DNA of 64,000 bases from Octopus sinensis. Lineage: Eukaryota. The stretch is taken from the NCBI RefSeq assembly GCF_006345805.1, contig NC_043014.1, forward strand, positions 4,650,001-4,714,000, given 5' to 3'. This document shows, piece after piece, positions 57,025-64,000 of the stretch (position 1 is the stretch's first letter; every line of letters begins with the position of its first letter). A program made the translations under genes and the position numbers. Under the pieces are notes generated by a model. It was not told the origin of the DNA. It saw nothing but the letters and a program-made list of their open reading frames with translations, and did not search any database.

Positions 57025-57307
57025 ATTCCTCCTCCTCTAACACTCTCCTGTCTTTGAAAGAACTTTTCATCACCCATTTCCTTCCGGTCATTCAAAATGT
57101 GTGTGCGTGTGTACCTTTGGCGATTTTTTCCCCTGTATTCCCTCCTCTGGATCATTCCATCTCGTATGTTTCCGACGAAGAGCTCCACACGAAACGTTAA
57201 ACCCTCCTTCTTTCTTTCTTTCCTGGGCGTCCAATAATACTATGTTTGTTCCACGTCCACGCGTTGATGTGTTTCTTTGTGCTTTTTGTTTGGATTAAAT
57301 TTAACTA
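57025..57307 (+). mobile_element. Paralogous Penelope-like repeat; HHR remnant at 57168-57202
   Basis: Same motif as 43908-43942. Confidence 0.5.
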
Positions 57308-57312
57308 TATAT

Positions 57313-57401
<89 letters not shown>

Positions 57402-57463
57402 GATATATCTATGTGTATATATATATGTGTGTGTGTGTGAGTGTATGTGTGTGTGTGTGTGTA

Positions 57464-57858
57464 CTAGCAGACATACCCGGCATTGCTGCGGATATACTCT
57501 CCTTTGCAGCAGTGTGCGCTGTGTCTAACACGACCCATCATCGGAAATTTTGACACCTCACGTCGGGTTTCTTGTCCTACATCACTCATAGAGTAAATTT
57601 GGAGGAAATGTGGTTGTTCATTCGCGAGTACCAGGGAACCAATGAGGGGATAGACTTGCCCTTGAACTTTGACGTCGGCGTAAATTCCTGTTTATCTATC
57701 TTCTTAGATTCACCAAACGATGTCATTTGAAATGCAGAGTTGTATTGTCTGATATTGTTCAGAAAATCCTTTGACTGGATTGAAGCGCCTTCTAGAAGAT
57801 TCCTAAGGGGTTGAGATGGTAGTGTTGTCAATGATACCTGTCCGAATATGTTGTCATC
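57464..57858 (-). mobile_element. Helitron remnant, internally deleted
   Basis: ORF 57586-57831 contains FLNNIRQYNSAFQMTSFG. Confidence 0.8.
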
Positions 57859-57938
57859 TATTGCATTGTTTTAAGTTCTAAACGATTATAAATACTCTGA
57901 AGTTCTATTTATATGATGCTATTTCTATTTTTTCACAG

Positions 57939-57990
57939 AACCGTTTCATCTCCAAGAAATCTCTCGACGATAAACCTGATGACACACCAA
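57939..57990 (+). CDS. Gene E exon 2
   Basis: AG/GT-bounded 52-nt exon identical to the paralogs. Confidence 0.78.
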
Positions 57991-58219
57991 GTAAGAACTA
58001 ATTTTATGGCTAAAGTCTTTTACCCGTGACTCATTAACTAATGGTTTATTATTTCACCAACTTTGAATTAGTTCCTCATTACTATCCATATGTCCACAAA
58101 AATATATACTAAGGCATTTGCCTGAATTTATTTCAATATATGTTCTACTTTACAATAATTTCCTAACTAAAATGTTACTCCAATATACTATGCCGTGTAT
58201 TGTGTGTATATGAGTATAT

Positions 58220-59745
58220 ATGCAGTGCTACGTCGATAATTCTACCAAGACCTCTTCATCTGGGAATCAAATGCCCGAGCTGGCGCTTCACTGCGTTTAT
58301 ATCTACAATTCAGCATTCTGTCCACTCTTGTGCTTCCAATCATTCGTGAATAGAGACCCGAAATAATGATGTTCCACTTTCCTACACAGTGCGTATTTGT
58401 CAATCCTGCTTTGCGGTACTCGGCAGACAACCCATTCGGTGCACGTTGTTGGTGACCATCAGACGAATCAGGTAGCAGCATGTTGTCTACAAATAACAGT
58501 CGACCGATCAAGTAGAGATGAATTGGGATACCTCTACCACAATGGCTGCGCATATTCAACCAGATCACAAAAAAGAATGTGAGAAGGGGCACTAACAATG
58601 CGCACTTCAACTAAGTGAAACCTTCACGTTGTAAACTTTCGACTTTTACATAAATACAATCATTTGAACATCCATATAAGTACTTTATGGCAACCAGTAT
58701 TTGCCCATTAAACTCACCTTCCGGGTAAACCATCCGCAACATGCCCCAGGGCACGTGATCGTGTGCCTTTTTGTGGTTTAAAGCGTATTCCTCTTGGAAG
58801 TTCTTCAACGTTTGATGGAATATCTGTTTTGAACGACTATCTGGTCGGGTGTTCCGCGTCCCGGACAGTAATCTTGGGCACGACAATTTCCCTACATATC
58901 TTTTCCTGACATCTAGTGTAGACTTTTCTATAATTAAAACACACACTTTGGTCTCTTTTTGAAAACATTGTGATTGTCACCCCATATTACCATTGCCTTG
59001 GTGATTTTTCCAGAGGTCCCATCCACCTAGCGTACATGGGTCACTCAGAGAATACCATCTGTATTTATGGCTTCTAAAATATCAAGCCGGACGTACATTT
59101 CACCAGCAGCATTACCACTTTTAAGTGAATTTAGCGCAAATAAGCGTTCAACCGAAGAAGAACCTGCCGAAAAATAATACAATCACGAACCCATTTCGAG
59201 GTCCAAGTTCATACGGGTGGGTCACTCACAATTTGGATGCAAATGTCTCCACATTTTTGTTTCCGATCCCAGCATCCACTGCGGCTTCCAACTGTATTCT
59301 GTAGGTCGCACTGGCCTTACCAATTTTCACTGTGCGGCAGACTGTGAGAATTTTCAGGTTTTCAGACAGTTAGGTAGTGCCGAGTTGACAACTCCACCCC
59401 TTCCTTTTACCCGAACGTTCACCAAAGAGTGAAAGATCACCAAACTCTATCAAAAACCTCTGTCACCAAGTATTTCTATATCAGGTACCCTTATAAATAT
59501 CCCTGTCTTAAAATAATATCTATACCAGAGAGAGGAGATTGTGTATCCTGCACAGAAGCCTCCTATGACCTCTCCATTAAGTTCACTGACGACATTCCTT
59601 CCAATCAATCCTTCTCACGGTTATCAGTGCCAAGGTGTGCACTGAAGTTTCCTGGCAGGACAAATGACTTTACCCCAAATATATCTAAAGCTGAGGTGAA
59701 TTTGCTTAGAAAGAATTTGTATTTGAATTCGCATTTTGCTGCATA
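58220..59745 (-). mobile_element. Decayed RTE LINE, truncated at 59745
   Basis: KKAHDHVPWGML, QILVAIKYLY and LLFVDN fragments. Confidence 0.78.
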
Positions 59746-59749
59746 TACA

Positions 59750-60420
59750 AAGAGTACGCTAAGGGCTCAAAGGAATAGCCATACCGAATCATCCATCGAG
59801 TGGGATAAAAGCAGTTGCCTCTGGATCTTGATTGGAGAAGACGATTCGGAAAATATATTGCAGTCTCCACCCAACTCAATCTGAGATGCATTGGGATGGA
59901 ATACAAAATATGCGTCTTCCAAACCACGTAGCAGGTCCAGAAGGGATCAACCGTTCATAATTGAGAATTAGACTGTCAAAACCGGACGATACAAAACGCT
60001 GCCTGTTATATATAATCAGTCTCCTCAAGAAAGCTTCGTTACTTCGGAGGCATACACTTGGAAGTAGGTTGGAAACTCCACTGTGCAGGCGTGGTGCCAA
60101 CTATGTCTGCACAGTCGGAAGTGGGATGCTCACGATCCCTGGTTTTCAGATTGGATTATGGAGTGAATCCCACTAGGTATTAAGGGATACCTCCTGAAGC
60201 TCAAGCAGAATGAAGGAGTGGTGTAGCTGCTGGAAGTAAATGCATCCAATAGCGAGGCCAAATACAAATGCTTCCTTAACAAAGTCACTGCATCTTTGGA
60301 TATATTTGGGGTAAAGTCAGTTGTCTTACAAGGAGACTTCCGTGCACACTTTGACGCCTATAACCGCAAGAAGTATTGATTGGGTGGAATCGCCTCACAC
60401 AACTTAATGGGGTGGCCATA
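59750..60420 (+). mobile_element. Divergent, oppositely oriented copy of the RTE 5'/APE segment
   Basis: Aligns to the reverse complement of ~14870-15480 (e.g. GATATATTTGGGGTAAAGTC, ATAATTGAGAATTA) at visibly lower identity. Confidence 0.7.
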
Positions 60421-60586
60421 CTAGTCTTCTGGAAGGAAATGGACTCTCTTCGCGCCAAACACCAAGCTGATATTTGTAATTGACCAATCAGGTGCCAAGA
60501 ATTGATAATATGGCTAACATATCTATAAAAGAAGAACTTAATCATTTTTATTGTCACAAATATATATAAATGCATTTATATATGTA

Positions 60587-60642
<56 letters not shown>

Positions 60643-60644
<2 letters not shown>

Positions 60645-60929
60645 ATCTTTCAACCCTATTATCTCCCCTAATTTCGCTCTCACGTCTCATGTTTGTTCTT
60701 TGACTTCTGGCTGAAATCAGATCGCCATGTTGATTCGTTAGTTACTGCACGCATTTTTTTCTCTCCTTCTTTCTGTGTTTTTTTTCTCTGTGTATCTTTC
60801 TGTTGAAGAGCGTAGGCTCGAAACGTTAAAGACTTGTTTTATTTATATTTCCTGAGCGCCATACTAATACAATTGTTTGTTTGTTTTCCACCTGCCTTCG
60901 TCTTTTGTCTATTTTCATAACGCTTCCCG

Positions 60930-60931
<2 letters not shown>
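60643..60931 (+). mobile_element. Penelope-pLTR-like repeat carrying a minimal hammerhead motif
   Basis: Sits between two (TA)n runs and contains the motif at 60795-60832. Confidence 0.55.
60795..60832 (+). ncRNA. Minimal (dimer-type) hammerhead variant
   Basis: Helix I TCTTT/AAAGA, core CTGTTGA (A6 to U) plus an extra A, helix II GAGC-GTAG-GCTC, GAA, ACGT palindrome, then U17. Confidence 0.65.
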
Positions 60932-60980
<49 letters not shown>

Positions 60981-60982
<2 letters not shown>

Positions 60983-61404
60983 CGCAGGAGTAGCTATGTC
61001 GTAAGTAGCTTGCTAACCAACCACATGGTCCCGGGTTCAGTCCCACTGCGTGGCACCTTAAGCAAGTGTCTTCTACTATAGCCCCGGGCCGACCAATGCC
61101 TTGTGAGTGGATTTGGTAGACGGAAACTGAAAGAAGCCTGTCGTATATATGTATATATATATGTATATGTATGTGTGTGTGTTTGTGTGTCTGTGTTTGT
61201 CCCCCTAGCATTGCTTGACAACCGATGCTGGTGTGTTTACGTCCCCGTCATCTAGCGGTTCGGCAAAAGAGACCGATAGAATAAGTACTAGGCTTACAAA
61301 GAATAAGTCCCGGGGTCGATTTGCTCGACTAAAGGCGGTGCTCCAGCATGGCCGCAGTCAAATTACTGAAACAAATAAAAGAGTAAAAGGAAAAAAGAGT
61401 AAAG
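60981..61404 (+). mobile_element. Same SINE family; private to gene E intron 2
   Basis: Collinear with 1301-1712 and flanked by (TA)n. Confidence 0.8.
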
Positions 61405-61548
61405 ATATATATATATATATATATCATCACAATCAAGGAACGGCCATAATAGGCCATTCACCCACTAGAAATAACAGCCAAATGCTTTAACCGCAAAATA
61501 ACGTCAATTCCGTAAACCAGGAGAAAATTAAAAAACATTTACCCTGTA

Positions 61549-61655
61549 ATTTCTTAGACGATGCACCGTTTCATCTACTGTTTAATGGAAAACTAACCTG
61601 ATTAAATTAAATCAAGCCAATCTACCATAGGCCCTTAGATTCATCAGTAAGAAAT
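61549..61655 (-). ncRNA. Type I hammerhead ribozyme in the inverted arm
   Basis: Exact reverse complement of 62425-62531. Confidence 0.9.
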
Positions 61656-62424
61656 AGCCAAGCCGGAACAGATATTTTCCACGAGGCATTCTCGTTGCTA
61701 CCTCGTCAATATCTGACCTAAAATTTTCAAATCGTCGCACTCGCGCCAAATTTATCGGCAGCAAATAAATATAAGCCGCCGATTCCATTACGGAACTAAC
61801 CAGAAAATTCATAATTAATCAATATAGGGTGGCAAAAAAATTTTGTAGAATTCTTTTGCCACCAGCGGCCTAGTGGGAAAAAATTAAATAGTCATAAACC
61901 ATTTTTAAGTTCAACATCACAATCAAGGAACGGCCATAATAGGCCATTCACCCACTAGAAATAACAGCCAAAAGCTTTAACCGCAAAATAACGTCAATTC
62001 CGTAAACCAGGAGAAAATTAAAAAACATTTACCCTGTAAATTTACAGGGTAAATGTTTTTTAATTTTCTCCTGGTTTACGGAATTGACGTTATTTTGCGG
62101 TTAAAGCTTTTGGCTGTTATTTCTAGTGGGTGAATGGCCTATTATGGCCGTTCCTTGATTGTGATGTTGAACTTAAAAATGGTTTATGACTATTTAATTT
62201 TTTCCCACTAGGCCGCTGGTGGCAAAAGAATTCTACAAAATTTTTTGCCACCCTATATTGATTAATTATGAATTTTCTGGTTAGTTCCGTAATGGAATCG
62301 GCGGCTTATATTTATTTGCTGCCGATAAATTTGGCGCGAGTGCGACGATTTGAAAATTTTAGGTCAGATATTGACGAGGTAGCAACGAGAATGCCTCGTG
62401 AAAAATATCTGTTCCGGCTTGGCT

Positions 62425-62531
62425 ATTTCTTACTGATGAATCTAAGGGCCTATGGTAGATTGGCTTGATTTAATTTAATCAGGTTAGTTTTCCATTAAAC
62501 AGTAGATGAAACGGTGCATCGTCTAAGAAAT
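62425..62531 (+). ncRNA. Type I hammerhead ribozyme; predicted cleavage after GTC at 62523
   Basis: Helix I ATTTCTTA/TAAGAAAT, core CTGATGA, helix II ATCTA/TAGAT with long paired extension, GAAA, quasi-palindromic helix III ACGGTGCATCGT, then C17. Confidence 0.92.
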
Positions 62532-62914
62532 TACAGGGTAAATGTTTTTTAATTTTCTCCTGGTTTACGGAATTGACGTTATTTTGCGGTTAAAGCTTTT
62601 GGCTGTTATTTCTAGTGGGTGAATGGCCTATTATGGCCGTTCCTTGATTGTGATGTTGAACTTAAAAATGGTTTATGACTATTTAATTTTTTCCCACTAG
62701 GCCGCTGGTGGCAAAAGAATTCTACAAAATTTTTTTGCCACCCTATATTGATTAATTATGAATTTTCTGGTTAGTTCCGTAATGGAATCGGCGGCTTATA
62801 TTTATTTGCTGCCGATAAATTTGGCGCGAGTGCGACGATTTGAAAATTTTAGGTCAGATATTGACGAGGTAGCAACGAGAATGCCTCGTGAAAAATATCT
62901 GTTCCGGCTTGGCT

Positions 62915-63021
62915 ATTTCTTACTGATGAATCTAAGGGCCTATGGTAGATTGGCTTGATTTAATTTAATCAGGTTAGTTTTCCATTAAACAGTAGATGAA
63001 ACGGTGCATCGTCTAAGAAAT
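62915..63021 (+). ncRNA. Type I hammerhead ribozyme; predicted cleavage after 63013
   Basis: Identical to 62425-62531, 490 nt downstream. Confidence 0.92.
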
Positions 63022-63241
63022 TACAGGGTAAATGTTTTTTAATTTTCTCCTGGTTTACGGAATTGACGTTATTTTGCGGTTAAAGCTTTTGGCTGTTATT
63101 TCTAGTGGGTGAATGGCCTATTATGGCCGTTCCTTGATTGTGATGTTGAACTTAAAAATGGTTTATGACTATTTAATTTTTTCCCACTAGGCCGCTGGTG
63201 GCAAAAGAATTCTACAAAATTTTTTTGCCACCCTATATTGA

Positions 63242-63301
<60 letters not shown>

Positions 63302-63629
63302 TCACATCCAAGTCCAACTACAAAACAAACATCCGTTCTTAAGGGAGACACATACACATTCTGATATTCTGAGATTAATCTCTGAATTCGTTGACATCAA
63401 CGTCAACAACAGGCTCAATAGTCAAATGACTAATTTTCTTCGTTTAAAATTTATTCTTTGCGAATCATTTACTTCTTTCATTCTGATTCTCATTCATTCA
63501 CTCATTCTTTTTCTCTTAAATTCTAAATTTCTTTCCTCTCTCTCAATTTCTTCCAAACCAACAACATCCTTTGTATAGGATTCAAGAATTCTTTCTTTTA
63601 AACTAAATTGTTTCATTTTAATTTCACAG

Positions 63630-63704
63630 AACCCGGTCTCGGATCATTGTATACCCGGTGGGGCAGAACTACTTGTCCTCCTTATTCAAACCTTGTCTAT
63701 GACG
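63630..63704 (+). CDS. Gene E exon 3; exon 4 is expected beyond the window
   Basis: cag|AA...GACG|gttagt, encodes KPGLGSLYTRWGRTTCPPYSNLVYDG. Confidence 0.88.
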
Positions 63705-64000
63705 GTTAGTATACTCTGTATTTCTATCCTCTCTTTCTCACACGCACACGCACGCACGCACACGCACGCACACTCAAGCAAATCATGTGATATATCACGT
63801 TTGAAACGATACCTATAGACCCTATAGAGACTGCACAATACTGCTTACTCCTTTGTAGGTATTTGGTCAAATCAGAATTTAAATGTGGTCTAATATGGAC
63901 CAGGTGAAAAGGATGTTGTCTAACCTCAGAATATAGATATCTCTACGTTTAATTATAGATAGGGACTAGACTGGAATCCAGTATAGCGATCAAGGACACC

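Larger units (their letters stand above)
61425..63249. mobile_element. Retrozyme-like array: 490-bp monomer, ~2.5 sense copies (62042-63249) preceded by a 616-bp inverted arm (61425-62040), flanked by (TA)n
   Basis: Period 489-490 bp by direct comparison. Perfect palindrome centre ACCCTGTAAA|TTTACAGGGT at 62040/62041. One HHR per full monomer. Confidence 0.85.

Noticed and set aside
62268-62468. 66-aa ORF (MNFLVSSV...) repeated three times in the array
   Set aside because: It overlaps the ribozyme core and structured hairpins, and I could not see it preserved in the 448-nt homolog. It is best explained as incidental.
61425-62657. The palindrome as a pure sequencing fold-back artefact
   Set aside because: The mirror is confined to the element, the arms differ at three sites, and related elements (11832, 49141, 32540) show inverted arms too. 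It still needs read-level confirmation.
62042-63249. The array as a Helitron tandem or CRISPR-like locus
   Set aside because: There are no TC...CTRR junctions at unit ends and no unique spacers. The per-unit HHR gives a better explanation.

Overview
Repeat-dense, AT- and microsatellite-rich animal DNA. The SINE families resemble Octopus repeats, so a cephalopod source is likely (inference). The whole window is a head-to-tail array of ~15-16 kb units; a shared anchor sequence recurs at 1, 16284, 31510, 47800 and 63835. Each unit carries one + strand, 4-exon gene for a 256-aa predicted type II membrane protein ending in a spongin short-chain-collagen / collagen-IV NC1-like (C4-like) domain, with no Gly-X-Y repeat. 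Three genes are complete (B, C, D) and two are partial (A, E). Exon 4 is hypervariable in a few clustered patches, while exons 1-3 are almost invariant. The introns hold SINEs, a Helitron remnant and RTE-LINE remnants. Unexpectedly, they also hold several families of hammerhead-ribozyme (HHR) elements inserted in (TA)n tracts. The main one is a 490-bp tandem array at 61425-63249 with a canonical type I HHR in every full unit and a perfect fold-back centre. A diverged 448-bp, circularly permuted relative lies at 11832-12373. Together they look like a retrozyme / Penelope-mobilised circular-RNA family with covarying structure and conserved insertion ends. All counts and alignments were done by eye.
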